A DNA stretch of 64,000 nucleotides. Source: Pristiophorus japonicus. Taxonomy: Eukaryota. Made by a program: the position numbers and the translations under genes. Shown here in pieces: positions 1 to 12,993 of the stretch (positions are counted from its first letter, which is position 1; every line of letters begins with the position of its first letter). The stretch lies in the NCBI RefSeq assembly GCF_044704955.1, contig NC_091979.1, positions 200,446,001 to 200,510,000 on the forward strand, written 5' to 3'. The notes beneath the pieces were generated by a model. The model was not told the origin of the DNA, searched no databases, and saw nothing but the letters and a program-made list of their open reading frames with translations.

Positions 1-746
1 AGGAAAAGGGAAGGTGCAACGAGACCTGGGTGTCATGGTACATCAGTCATTGAAGGTTGGCATGCAGGTACAGCAGGCGGTTAAGAAAGCAAATGGCATG
101 TTGGCCTTCATAGCGAGGGGATTTGAGTACAGGGGCAGGGAGGTGTTGCTACAGTTGTACAGGGCTTTGGTGAGGCCACACCTGGAGTATTGTGTACAGT
201 TTTGGTCTCCTAACTTGAGGAAGGACATACTTGCTGTTGAGGGAGTGCAGCGAAGATTCACCAGACTGATTCCCGGGATGGTGGGACTGACCTATCAAGA
301 AAGACTGAATCAACTGGGCTTGTATTCACTGGAGTTCAGAAGAGTGAGAGGGGACCTCATAGAAACGTTTAAGATTCTGACGGGTTTGGACAGGTTGGAT
401 GCAGGAAGAATGTTCCCAATGTTGGGGAAGTCCAGAACCAGGGGTCACAGTCTAAGGATAAGGGGTAAGCCATTTAGGACCGAGATAAGGAGAAACTTCT
501 TCACCCAGAGAGTGGTGAACCTGTGGAATTCTCTACCACAGGAAGTAGTTGAGGCCAATTCACTAAATATATTCAAAAGGGAGTTAGATGAAGTCCTTAC
601 TACTCGGGGGATCAAGGGGTATGGCGTGAAAGCAGGAAGTGGGTACTGAAGTTTCATGTTCAGCCATGAACTCGTTGAATGGCGGTGCAGGCTAGAAGGG
701 CTGAATGGCCTGCTCCTGCACCTATTTTTTATGTTTCTATGTTTCT
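1..746 (+). mobile_element. CR1 LINE (HER1-like), 3' part of ORF2 plus 3' UTR; continues off the left edge
   Basis: ORF 14..649 has CR1 ORF2 C-terminal motifs (RPHLEYCVQFWSP, TRGHSL, FFTQRVVNLWNSLP). It ends in a stem-loop and a (TATGTTTC)n tail and is nearly identical to 50330-51045. Confidence 0.95.
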
Positions 747-1354
747 AAATATCTGGAGCACTCATTTGAAACTAATTTCAGCATAAAGAATACCGTAGAA
801 ATTCTGTTGGATTTATTTTCAACAAAGCCAGTTTTAATGTTCATAAAATTATTCTCGTTACAGTTCCTCAGTAAAACTGGACTGCAACAATCAACTTTGT
901 AGGAGTTCCTTTGTCAGTGCCATCTCCTCGTTCTCCACCAAAAACAAAAACCAATAGAATTCCATGTGGTATAGTATTCTTGGAAAAATTGAACAGTTTC
1001 ACTTAATTCTAATTCTTTCTTCCCCCTCAAGTTTTCACTTTCGACCCCTTTCCCGACAGCCTCAGCTCTCCTCCTGAAACACTCTGCACCTTTAATTTCC
1101 TGATGCTGTTCTTTGAAGTGCTGCATGGAAGTGCAACTTAAACTCGCTTCCTGAGAATTTACCTTAATTTCCTGCTAGGAAGAACTCGAGCATCCACTTG
1201 ACACACTCCCCTGAATGGGCAGTCACTGGGCAAACATTTCAGATACTAGCTTTGTTCCATCACTCCGTGGCACTCTGCAATATGTTTTACGAGCAACATA
1301 CCTCAGATATACTTTTAAAGGGATAAAGATCCAAGGTTTGTAACAAAGCAGGGG

Positions 1355-1800
1355 AAACACAGGAACAGGAGTAGGCCATTCAGCCCCTCGAGCCTGTTCC
1401 ACCATTCAATTAGATAATGGCTGAGCTGTACCTTAACTCCACCTATCCACCTTGGTTCTGTAACTCTTAATATCCGTGCTTAACAAAAATCTATCAATCT
1501 CAGTTTTGAAATTTTCAATTGGTTCCCAGCCTCAACGGTTTTTTGGGGAGATAAAGTTCCAGATTCCCACTACCCTTTGTGTGAAGAAGTGCTTCCAGAC
1601 ATCATCCCTAAATAGCCTAGCTTTAATTATAAGGTTTATGCCCCCTTGTTCTACATTCCCCCACCAGAGAAAATAGTTTATCTCTAGCTACCATTTCAAA
1701 TCCTGTAAACAACTCAAATTAGATCAACCCTTCATCTTCTAGACTCAAGGCAATTCAAGCCTCATCCATGCAACATATCATAATTTGAACACTTTTAGCC
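1355..1800 (-). mobile_element. Old CR1 3' fragment
   Basis: Reverse complement of the CR1 3' terminus (acaggagtaggccattcagcccctcgagcctg) followed by a degenerate ORF2 end. Confidence 0.75.
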
Positions 1801-2687
1801 CTGGTATCATTTATTTAAATCAGGTCAATAGCTGATGTCATTGTGAACATGTGCCCAATTAACAGCAGGTGAATTAACACCATTGCCACAAAGCATGCTA
1901 ACCACCATCACTCAGTATTAAAAAACATTGGAACCTTTACTGATAAATGATTTTTCAGTCTACGGTGTATTTCTGTTTATTTACTGGATTAAAACAGATT
2001 CTGTTAAATAATGCCACACAGCCTGGGTTGGGAGACAATCTCACAGTCCAAACAAGTGCTGTAAACACCTATAAACTCTGTTCACGGGAAAGAGACAAAA
2101 GCTATCTCTTATGGCTGGTAATTCACCAATTAATGAGATTTCAGGGCAACAGGTAATCTCCAATGGGTGACCGACAGCTTTGGAAATGGGAGATATCTTT
2201 CACGCCAGTCTGCAGCAGATCTTCAGTCCTGTCTGTTCCATTGTATTGCAGCTCATGTAGAAGTGAGCACATGAGGAACCCATAAACAAAACCTCACATA
2301 CAAGTCATGTTCTGGTGCTTGTCAAGGTTTTGGTATTCTTAGGCACAAAATATTCCATGATTTAGTATTTTTGTGTTGGAGGAGGGGCAAATTAAAGGAT
2401 CTGCTATACGAATTGTCTGCTCCTGTTTAATTTTTAATAAACACAGTTGTATTTATAGCTTAAGTCTCGCTGTACAGCTGATGTATTCTTCTGCAGTCTG
2501 AAGGAGAGTAGAACCAAGAAGGCTCCAACCGATAGCGGTGAGCATCTTATAGTAAAAAAGGCTCTATTTGACCCCTGGGCAACACAAAATTGCCAGATTC
2601 ATGAACTTAAGTTCATACAGAAATGATCCTTGGCATGGAACACAAGCAAAATATCTGGTGGAAGGCACCAATATTGTAACATCTTTA

Positions 2688-2909
<222 letters not shown>

Positions 2910-2959
2910 TCAAACTGTCACAGGATGGGAGAATGGAAAGCACCAGTTCCAACTGTCAC

Positions 2960-3120
2960 AGGAACATCCAGTCGTGCCCCGGTAAGTGCCCCCAAAGGAA
3001 GTGGAGTGTGGGAAATTGCACTCCGCTTCCATTGAGGGGTGGCAAGGCCAATTCTGCGGCGGGAGCAGTACTTCCACGCTGGGGGCTAAAATTCCCTGCC
3101 CCAGAAGGTTACCGCCCCCA
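2960..3120. mobile_element. GC-rich MITE-like fragment
   Basis: Internal hairpin ggaagtggagtg...cactccgcttcc; composition resembles the other non-autonomous elements in the window. Confidence 0.4.
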
Positions 3121-3833
3121 AGATGGGAGCCTGTGCGGGGAGGCAGAGGGAAGATGAGGGGAGACAGGGGGGGGGGGGGCGGGGGATGGAGGGGAGTGGT
3201 GGAGGTAGGGGAGCGGAGAAACCCAGGGCAGGGGACAGGAGGGGCCACATTGCAGCGAAGGTGGGGGGGGGGGGGGGCGAAGTGTGTGTTGGAGGAGCGG
3301 GCCTGGGGGCTCTGTGCCTCGGTGCGGGGAGTGTTCAGAGTGGGGTGGACAGGTTGACTGTGCAGATGGCGGTTGGTGGATGTGGTGTGGTTGGCTTTGT
3401 GGGGGCGTGGCTCCAGGGTGGCTGGGGCTGGGGGCTCGACATCCAGGGGTGGTCGGCATTTTGGAAGAATTCTGATGGGCCGGAGCGGGTTGGGTGCGGA
3501 GGGAGTGTTCCTGGTGTTGGGTGGGTCCAGAGACGGAGGGTGGCATGCTCTTGGGATGGGGGGGTGGGCTGTTTGGGGCTGGGATTGGGAGAGACTTCTT
3601 CACTCGGGGAGTTGTTGGCCTGTGGGGTTCCCTGCCGCGGAGAGTTGTTGATGCCAGTTCATTGGATGCGTTCGGGAGGGAGTTGGATGTGGTCCTTGCG
3701 TCTGGGGGGGTCGGGGGGATGTGGAGGGGGGAGGTGCTGGGGTGGATGATCAGCCATGATCTTGTTGAATGGCGGTGCAGGCTCGAAGGGCCGAATGGCC
3801 TACTCCTGCACCTATTTTCTATGTTTCTATGTT
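3121..3833 (+). mobile_element. Internally deleted, A->G hypermutated CR1 LINE copy
   Basis: 3302-3467 aligns without gaps to 48181-48346 (32 A->G, 1 G->A). 3468-3833 matches the CR1 3' end and tail. Confidence 0.92.
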
Positions 3834-4216
3834 GTACACTGAACAGTGAATGTCCCAATAACACAGTGCATCATTGGATTATGTAGGGTTTCTGGTACAA
3901 GCAATATTCTAACAGAAAGACAAATGTATTTCACAAATACCTCTCAATCCACGTCCAAGACCGTATATCTTATTATCCTGAAATACAGTGGGGACATTGC
4001 TCCCCTTCCCCAGCAAATTATTTGCCCGTCCCTTTTTCACGATTTTTCACGAAATTCACCATGTTACAAGCTGGTCTATTAATATCAGCTCAACAAATTC
4101 CTTTATTAATTATTTGTATAGATTGCAACTGAGCAATACAGATAAGTGACGCTTTCAGTTCTTTTTATCTGCACAGTCACACAGCAATCTACAAAGGAAT
4201 TTCATCCATACTATAC

Positions 4217-4293
4217 CTTGCTTTCTTGCTTTTCTCTGAGTTGGTAAGGATATTCCACCCTTTCATTACAGGCATAGCACAGGCAGCCACAGG
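4217..4293 (-). CDS. NDUFS1: NDUFS1 exon 5
   Basis: tag|CCT...GCA AG|gt, 77 nt. Encodes [26 protein letters not shown]. Confidence 0.97.
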
Positions 4294-5586
4294 CTAAGAA
4301 AGCAAAAGACAACACAATTGGTAGTCAACTAATATTATCAACAGATTAGTATATTGAGTCTGTGGGAGCGAAAGTCCGCATTATCCGAGTAATTATTTGA
4401 TTTTTATTTCTCAACCTAAAAATTTAATATTCCTGCTGGGCAGTCTGTAGGATCAGCACATGATGTGTTGTAAACAGGCCTAAAAACAAAGTATAATAGT
4501 AGAATGTGGAAGAGTCAGCTATATTTGTAATAGTCTGGAATATGTCCGCTTGGTCACTTGTGTTTAGGGGAATGGAAAGAATTAATAATGGAAATTAGGT
4601 CACTTCTGGTTATGGCAATAAAATTAAGAGTTAAATGCATGTTTGTTAGGTTTATGCTGTTATTCTGTTGTCATTTGTATGCATCGTTGATGTACTTTAA
4701 TTTGTTAGTGGTATGTACGGAATGAAGTGATCAAAGGTAAAATTTGGTGTAAGAGTTCAACAGTTCATGCTGGAATTGAGAGAGTATGATATCTCAGAGC
4801 TCTCACACTGGTTTTGGGCAGTATGGAGTTTCAATAAAGTCCTGATCCTGCATTGCTACAACTGTGTGTGTGTGTGTAATCTGGCAGTTAAAGTAACAAG
4901 ATGAAAAAGAAAGTAGTTCAACAGAGCCCAAGAGTAACAAATATATATCTATAAATTGTTTTCAACATGATTTTGAGGGGGATCCAATGCTTATATTATT
5001 TTCTGATCAATTCATTTTAAGGGGGTGGTCTTGCTTTTGATCTGTCTTAAAAGTAAATCTATTTCAAAAGTTATTAGCTTTTACTTCTTAGGTATGTTAA
5101 GATGTTTTATGTTGATAATCTTTTGATGGTGACAGGTGTGTAATGCCCCTGCCACTGACAGCACAGTATCAGCTGGCAAATCACACTTCTTGGTATTCGA
5201 AGGAGAGGGGACCAGTGGGCAGGTGAGAGAGGGAGCGCAAAGAGAGGGAAGCAAGAGAACCGAGACCAAAAAAAATAGCGTAGCTTCAGTGGGGGAAGCA
5301 GCATTGGTACAATGGTTCAAAAGCCCTTCTACTTTACTCCAATATGCTCCAATTCTTATTTCTCAAACTAAAGATCAATCATTTATCCCTCTGGTAGATA
5401 AGTCCGTACTCTCAGCTCTTTTCCTGTGGGATGATTGTTTCCCTGGCACAGAGATCCTCTCTTTAAATTGCCCTATTTCATGACGAATGCAATTTATTTT
5501 CTGGTACCATCGCTTTGTATTTCCCATCCTTTCCACTGCATGCATCCAGCTAGGAGTTCATTATAAAATACAAACTCTCCCGTTAC

Positions 5587-5694
5587 CTTAGGAGCCTTTT
5601 CGATCTCCACCAGGCACATTCGGCAATTCCCAGCGACGGAGAGCCTGTCATGGTAACAAAACCGGGGGATCTGTATGCCAACTTTTTCGCAGGC
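5587..5694 (-). CDS. NDUFS1: NDUFS1 exon 4
   Basis: cag|GCC...AAG|gtaacg, 108 nt. Encodes [36 protein letters not shown] (2Fe-2S ligands). Confidence 0.98.
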
Positions 5695-6059
5695 CTGTAA
5701 TCAGAAAAGACACCAAACTTGTCACACTACTTCCCGAGTTATGTTCCATTTTACCTTTCTTTGGCACGTTTTCTTGCTTAAAATGGGGAGAAGTGCTCAG
5801 CTAATGACAGATGCATTGCATTGCGTTACATGGCACAGAGCCACTGCTGCACCGTGTCAACTGGGGCACTACAATTGTCTGTGGGATATTACATCTGACT
5901 ATCATCCAGGTGACTCCTGCAGGGAAGTACTTGTATGCATGTGGATGTTGATTAAGGTCAAAGAAAACAGGCTGAACTGTGATCTCGCTTCTGCCCTGCC
6001 CCCTTACCTCATCCCCCGCAATGGTGAAGCAATCCGGCAATTAAAGAAAATAAACAAAA

Positions 6060-6478
6060 TAACTTGCATTTATATAGCACCTTTCACAACCTCAGGATAT
6101 CCCAAGTGCTTTACAGCCAATGAAGTAGTTTTCAAGTGTAGTCACTTTTGTAATGTAGGAAACGTGGCAACCAATTGGCATACAGCAAGGTCGTTCAAAC
6201 AGCAATGTGATAATGACCAGATCATCTGTGTTAGTAAGGTTGGTTGAGGGATAAATATTGGCCGGGAGAACTCCACAGCTCTTCTTCGAAATAGTGCCAT
6301 GGGATCTTTTACGTCCCCCCTGAGAAGGCAGACGAGGCCTCTGTTTACCGTCTCATCCAAAAGGTGGCACCGTTGACAGCGTAGCACTCCCTTCGTACTG
6401 CCTGGAGCGTCAGCCCAGATTTTGTGCTCAATGCCCTGGAGTGGGCCTTGAACCCACAACCTTCTCACTCAGAGGCAA
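6060..6478 (-). mobile_element. DeuSINE (SacSINE1-like tRNA SINE with L2-type tail)
   Basis: Deu core (cttcgaaatagtgccatgggatctttt...gtctcatcc), B-box-like ttgaacccac and the ttgcatttatatagc tail. Confidence 0.85.
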
Positions 6479-7009
6479 AGCTCAGTCTGCCCACAGTAGA
6501 GGAACGGCCACTTAGGTTGAAGTACTTGAGGACTGCCCATGAATCACCATCTCCAGTCAAGAGGCCGAAAAGGACAAAAAACCCGTACGCCACTGAACTA
6601 TCGGAAAATATTTCCAATTTTATGTCCGAGGCTAATGGCCCATTCACACCATCATGTCAGTTTCCTGGTCTGTCGTTAGCTCATTTATTTTTTGCTGCAC
6701 TAATTATTTGTCTGAAACTCTCTCATTCATTTTACTATCCCCTATACCTATTTAAAATCAAGTCTTTGTGGACAAAGTTCTTATATTTTCCATATGGGCA
6801 GCACACTGCCTTGAGGTTGGTCATATCTGAGGGTACTGACTTTGACACCCTTATCAGCCACTTAATAAACACGGAGTTGTTTGCAATATGTAAAATAAGA
6901 AATTAAATCCGGTAAAATTTCATTCAAAACTCACGTCACCATGAACTAAATTGTTTACTTTCTGGCAACCCTTTCTGAATAGTGAAAATGCACTCGTAAT
7001 TTGAATATA

Positions 7010-7620
7010 GGAACATAGCAACAGTAGGCCATTTAGCCCCTCGAGCCTGTTCCACCATTCAGTGAGATCATTGCTGTCCTGTGACCTTTGCCCCATATCC
7101 CTTAATACCTTTGGTTAACAACAATCTATCTCATTTAAAATTAACAATTGACCTAGCAAAATCATGAGGGGTCTGGACATAGTAGATCGATAGAACTGTT
7201 CCAATTGGGAGAAGGTTCTAGCACCAGAGGACACAGATTTAAGGTGATTGGCAAAAGGACCAAAGGTGACATAAGAAAAAACTTTTTTTACACAGCAAAT
7301 GGTTAGGATCTGGAATGAACTGCCTGAAAGAGTGGTGGAGGCAGACTCAATCACTGCTTTCAAAAGGGAGTTGGAGAAGTACCTGAAATAATGTTTTTTG
7401 CAGGGCTGCAGGGAAAGAGTGGGGGAGTGGGGCTAGCTGAGGTGCTCTTGCAAAGCCAGCATGCGCTCAATGGGCTGAATGGCCTTCTTCTGTACTGTAA
7501 CTATTCTATGATTCTAGCATCAATTGCCGTTTGTGGAAGAGAGTTCCAAACTTCTACCACCCTTTGAGTGTAGAAGTTTTTCCTAACTTCACTCCTGAAA
7601 GACCTGGCTCTAATTATTAA
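7010..7620. mobile_element. Two nested CR1 3' fragments: a plus copy (7159-7513) inside a minus copy
   Basis: TSD ctagca at 7153-7158 and 7514-7519; both CR1 termini are recognisable. Confidence 0.75.
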
Positions 7621-7988
7621 ACTAGGATATGTGGCTCGCGACCCCATTTACCATTTAAATAATTGTGACCACTGAGCAGCCAGGGTATCCAAAATTAGGC
7701 CTGTGGAGCTCAGAATGCCCTTTCCCCTATCAATCCAGCTCACAAAGCCCAGGCAACTAGGTCCTATTTATGACTTGGAAACTCCAGGGACACAGGATCT
7801 AATGGCAACAAACATTAGCAATGCGCTTAGTACCAAAAGTGTCAACCACTCCCAGTAGTTTTATTTGTCTCTCGGTTTCCTCTCCTGCCAAAATAAATCA
7901 CTAGAAATCTCCTCTTAACCCTTTTCAGCATGACCCAAGTCTAAATCCACAGTGCTTGAATATATGGACACACAGTCAGCTACTGTAC

Positions 7989-8080
7989 CTGTAGGATAGT
8001 GGTTCCAGGCTCCACCATTACTGGCTTGCCATCAATAAACACCTCAACCAGATTGCTAGCTGCTGTAGCAGTAGTACGAA
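7989..8080 (-). CDS. NDUFS1: NDUFS1 exon 3
   Basis: cag|TT CGT...CTA CAG|gt, 92 nt. Encodes [31 protein letters not shown]. Confidence 0.97.
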
Positions 8081-8189
8081 CTGAAAAACACAAGACGAGA
8101 GCAACGAGCAGTTTTGTGATACCGGCAGGGAATCACTACAAAGACATGCATTGAAAAGTGTCATTTTTGAACTGCAGTACGTAAAGAAA

Positions 8190-8640
8190 GACTTGAAAAA
8201 CTTGGATTTATATAGCGCCTTTCACGACCATCGACGTCTCAAAGCGCTTTACAACCAATTAAGTACTTTTTGGAACGTAGTCACTATCGTAATGTAGGAA
8301 ATGCGGCAGCAAATTTGTGCACAGCAAGCACCCACAAACAGCAATGTGGTAATGACCAGATAATGTTTTTTTGTTATGTTGATTGAGGGATAAATATTGG
8401 CCAGGACACCGGGGATAACTGCCCTGCTCTTCTTCGAAATGTCATGGGATCTTTTACTTTTACTTCAAAAAACAGACGGGACCTCGGTTTAACGTCTCAT
8501 CCGAAAGACAGCATCTCCAACAGTGCAGCGCTCCCTCAGTATTGCACTGGAGTGTCAGCCTAGATTTTTTTGCGCTCAAGTCCCTAGAGTGGGACTTGAA
8601 CCCACAACCTTCTGACTCAGAGGCAAGCCACAGCTGACAC
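8190..8640 (-). mobile_element. DeuSINE (SacSINE1-like)
   Basis: Same consensus as 6060-6478. Confidence 0.85.
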
Positions 8641-9189
8641 ATAAGTGAACAATGCATTTGGTTTCTGTCACTTGAGCTGCGTTTGCCAGACAAGGAAACT
8701 GCCACCAAGTGACTTGTTCTGCGGGGGGGGGGGGGAGAGGGTAAGTTGGATAAAATGTAAAAAAAGAAAGCACTTACATTTATATGGTAAAAAATGTCAG
8801 GGATATGGGAAAATGAGCAGAGGAGTGGGACTAATTAGATAGCTCTTTCAAAAAGCAGACACAGGTAAGATGAGCTAATTGGCCCCCTTTTGTGCTGCAC
8901 TATTCTATGATTATAGCACCTTCCATGACCGGAGGACGTCCCAAAGCGCTTACAGCCAATGAAACTGGTCACTGTTGTAATGTAGGAGATGCAGAATTTC
9001 CCACCAACAGCAACGTGATAATCACCAGATAAATCTGTTTTACTGACGTTGGTTAAGGGATAAATATTGGCCAGAACACTAGAGAGAACTCCCCATCTCA
9101 TCTTTGAAATAGTGCCGTGGGATCTTTTACATCCACCCGAGGGGGCAGACGGGGCCATGGTATAACCGAAGAAACGACGGCCAGTGCTG

Positions 9190-9860
9190 GGGAAAATTTG
9201 GGCCTGAAACCTGGCACCAAGTTCATTTTCTACAGAACAGTAGTAATACTTGTCCTCCAATATGCTTCACAGACATGGACTATGTACAGTAGAGGCACCT
9301 CAAAGCACTGGAGAAGTACCACCAACGTTGCCTCCGCAAAATCCTGCAAATTAATTGGCAGGATAGGCGCACCAACGTGAGCGCTCTCTCAGGCCAACAT
9401 CCCTAGCATCGAAGCATTGACCACGCTCGATCAGCTCCGATGGACAAGCCACATTGTCCATTTGTCCAATAGTAGACTCCCGAGACTAGCACTCTACTTC
9501 GAGCTATGTCACGGCAGGCGAGCCCAGGAAATGCGTCAAGGACATCCTCAAAGCCTCCATGAAAAAATGTAACATCCCCACAGACTCTTGGGAATCCCTG
9601 GCCCAAAACTGCTTAAAGTGGAGGTCAAGCATCCGAAAAGGCGTCAAACACTTCCCGGGATCTTTGCGAAGGCCAAGTACAAACCGGGGAGAAGCATATG
9701 ACACATCAAGCACTCCACCCACCCGTCCCTCCAACCACTATCTGCCCCATCTGTGACAGAGACTGTAGATCCCGCACTGGTCTCATCAGTCACCTTCGAA
9801 CCCATTTTAATGTGGAAGCAAGTCATCATCGACTCTGGGGGACTGCCTAAGAGAGAGAGA
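9190..9860 (+). mobile_element. RTE-clade LINE 3' fragment
   Basis: Homologous to 38060-38730; ends gggactgcctaagagagagaga. Confidence 0.8.
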
Positions 9861-10131
9861 ATAATTTTTTGAAATTGTTTTAGATTAAAGTTAGAAAGCA
9901 CTTGCATGTATATAATGCCATATCATATCCCTCTCAAACATTTCAAAAATGAATTACTTTCAAGTGCAGTCACTGTTGTTACACAGCAGCCATTTTACAT
10001 GTCAAGATCCCACAATCAGCGATGAGATGAGGATGGAATATTGGCCAGGACACCGGGAAAGTCTCTGCTCCTCTTCAAATAGTGCCAAGGGATCTTTAAA
10101 CAAAGTAACAGGCAGATGGGGCCTAGGTTTA

Positions 10132-10792
10132 AGGGGCCCTAAAATGCAGCCTTTCTGGGTGCGTACGGCACACTCCCAAAAATGCCCCACAAATTTAGGC
10201 ATGCACTATCCATCCCATTACCAAAAAAGAAATTTTGACAGATCGTACGAATGCGAAAGTAAAGGGCCTCCACGGGTGAAGATTTGGGCTACTTGCCCAA
10301 CTCCTGCCCAGCACAAGGCCTGCTTTTACCAGTGTAAGAGTTTTAAAAGATAGAAAAAATTAATTTTATGACAGATTTTTATATTAAAAACCTGTCCATT
10401 AAGTAGTTTATTTTTGACACTAATAAAGCATATTAAAATATATATATTTTTTTTTCTAAAACATTTAATTCAATTTCTAGAATTTTAAATAGTTGAGGTG
10501 TTTTTAAAAAAAAAAAGTATTGTGTTTTCTTTGTTTTTGCGTGTATTCCCATTCTTAGTGATGGGATCTCCATGGAAAAGGAGCTACCATTATTATCAAT
10601 GAGAAAATACGTCATTTCGATTGGTGGTCCGACCCACACGATCCCAGGATGCGCTTACGCTCCTGGAATGCGTGGGCCTCTGGACTGGGCTGCGCATCTA
10701 GGCCTCGGAGCGGAAGTGATCGTTCCTCCAGGACCACCAGGTATTTTCTTTTTTTTTTGCAGTTGGAGGCCTCCACCCGCAATTTCTGTGCC
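10132..10792. mobile_element. Non-autonomous DNA element (MITE) inserted in a DeuSINE
   Basis: GC-rich ends and AT-rich core; homologous in opposite orientation to 30533-31205; splits a SINE (9895-10130 / 10795-10915). Confidence 0.6.
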
Positions 10793-11456
10793 AAGGACTC
10801 ATCTTAAGGATGATGCAGCATTGATGTGTCATCCTAGATTATTTTCTCAAGTAATGAAATAGAGCTTGAACCCATGACTTTCAGATTTAGGGAATGGAGT
10901 GCTACCAACTGATGAGCACCAAATTACTTTAAAAAAAGAATGATCTATACAACATTAGAAGTCGTGAGAGAACCACCTCAGCCTTTTGGCTTATATTACA
11001 GAATTAACTTCAAGAATTGTAATATTTAATAACTCTCCTCCCCCCACAGAGATAAATAATAAAACAAATTGAAAAAAATATTCCTCAGCTGAGGCTCCAA
11101 GAATGCTTCCCATCAAATTACTGCTTAAAATGTTATGTTCATAAAGGTGTGGGGTGTCAGCAGGGCAAAAGTAGAACAGCCTCAACTCCCAGGAATAGTA
11201 CGGTCCTACACTGCCCTAGAAATCAGCCCAAGGTCATGTATCTGATGCAAGGTAATGCTCTTCCAACATTGTAGGGACAATTAACAGGAGGAGAGGGGGA
11301 AGAGGTGAAGTAGTTTAGGGAGGGAATTCCAGAGCTTGGGGCCTTGGCAGCTGAAGACACGGCTAGAAACCTTAGTAAGCTCACACACAATGCTGATAGT
11401 AGTACAGTGAAACGGCTGACAATGGGGTAACATCTCGTCCCTACTACTTTTCCTAC

Positions 11457-11538
11457 CATTGTTCTTTGCTGCCAGGATATCTTTGGCAGACTGTGAAACG
11501 CCCGTTAGCGTCCTGCGCATCAGAGGCAATCGCAGCAT
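11457..11538 (-). CDS. NDUFS1: NDUFS1 exon 2 coding part (mitochondrial presequence); exon acceptor at 11547
   Basis: cag|GTCACCATC ATG; MLRLPLMRRTLTGVSQSAKDILAAKNN G|gtagga. Phase 1 joins exon 3 in frame; basic presequence starting MLR. Confidence 0.9.
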
Positions 11539-11847
11539 GATGGTGACCTGAATGAAAAGCAAAAGGGTTCAGTTAGAATCAAGTGACTGGTGGGCACCAA
11601 AGGGATAGACACACACAATAAGTTTCTCTTTGTTTGGTTTAAATTAGACTTTATGCTTAAAGAATTCCAATAGCTATGCCTCCTTGCAAGGGGACATATG
11701 CAAATTTGTTTTCTTGATAATGATACCGGGGCGACTCAGCATTAGCCTCATTTGATTTATATTTAGGTGTCAGACTTGGTTCAGTGGTAGCACTCTCACC
11801 TCAGAAGGTGGTGGGTTCAAGCCCCATTCCAGAGGCCTGAGCACATA

Positions 11848-12993
11848 ATAGAAATATAGAAATAAGGTGCAGGAGCAGGCCATTCGGCCCTTCCAGCCTA
11901 CACCGCCATTCAATAAGATCATTGCTGATCATTCAACCTCAGTACCCCTGTCCTGCCTTCTCTCCATACCCCTTGATCCCCTTGGCTGTAAGGGCCATAT
12001 CTAACTCCCTTTTGAATATATCTAACGAACTGGCCTCAACAACTCTCTGCGGAAGGGAATTCCACAGGTTAACATCTTTGAATGAAGAAGTTTCTCCTCA
12101 TCACAATCCTAAATGGCTTACCCTTTATTCTTAAACTGTGGCCCCTGGTTCTGGAACTCTCCAGCAACGGGAACATTCTTCCTGCCTCTAACCTGTCTAA
12201 TCCCATCAGAATTTTATATGTTTCTATGAGATCCCCTCCCATTCTTCTAAACTCCAGTGGATACAAGCCCATTTTGATCCAGTCTCTCCTCATATGTCAG
12301 TCCTGCCATCCCAGGAATCAGTCTGGTGAACCTTCGCTGTACTTCCTTAAAAAGAAAGAACGTTCTTCCTCAGATTAGGAGACCAAAACTGATCACAATA
12401 TTCCGGGTGAGGCCTCACCAAGGCTCTGTACAACTGCAGTAAGACCTCCCTGCTCCTATACTCAAATCCTCGAGCTATGAAGGCCAACATGCCATTTGCC
12501 TTCTTCAACGCCTGCTGTACCTGCATGCCAACTTTCAGTGACCGATGTACCATGACACCAGGTCTCGTTGCACCTCCCCTTTTCCTAATCTGTCACCATT
12601 CAGATAATATTCTGTCTTCCTGTTTTTGCCACCAAAGTGGATAACCTCACATTTATTCACATTATACTGCATCTACCATGCATTTGTCCACTCACCTAAC
12701 CTATCCAAGTCACCCTGCAGCCTCTTAGCATCCTCCTCACAGCTCACACCACCACCCAGCTTAGTGTTATCTGCAAACTTGGAGATATTACATTCAATTC
12801 CTTCATCTAAATCATTGATGTATATTGTAAATAGCTGGGGTCCCAGCACTGAGCCCTGCGGCACCCCACTAGTCACTGCCTGCCATTCTGAAAAGGACCC
12901 ATTTATCCCGGCTCTCTGCTTCCTGTCTACCAACCAGTTCTCTATCCACGTCAATACAGTAACCCCAATACCATGCGCTTTGATTTTGCACAC
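11848..12993 (-). mobile_element. CR1 LINE, 5'-truncated (RT to 3' end)
   Basis: [21 protein letters not shown] and KFADNTK motifs; 3' terminus at about 11850. Confidence 0.92.

Noticed and set aside
2910-3886. Cluster of long Gly/Pro-rich ORFs on both strands
   Set aside because: A by-product of A->G hypermutation removing stop codons from a CR1 copy; not a gene.
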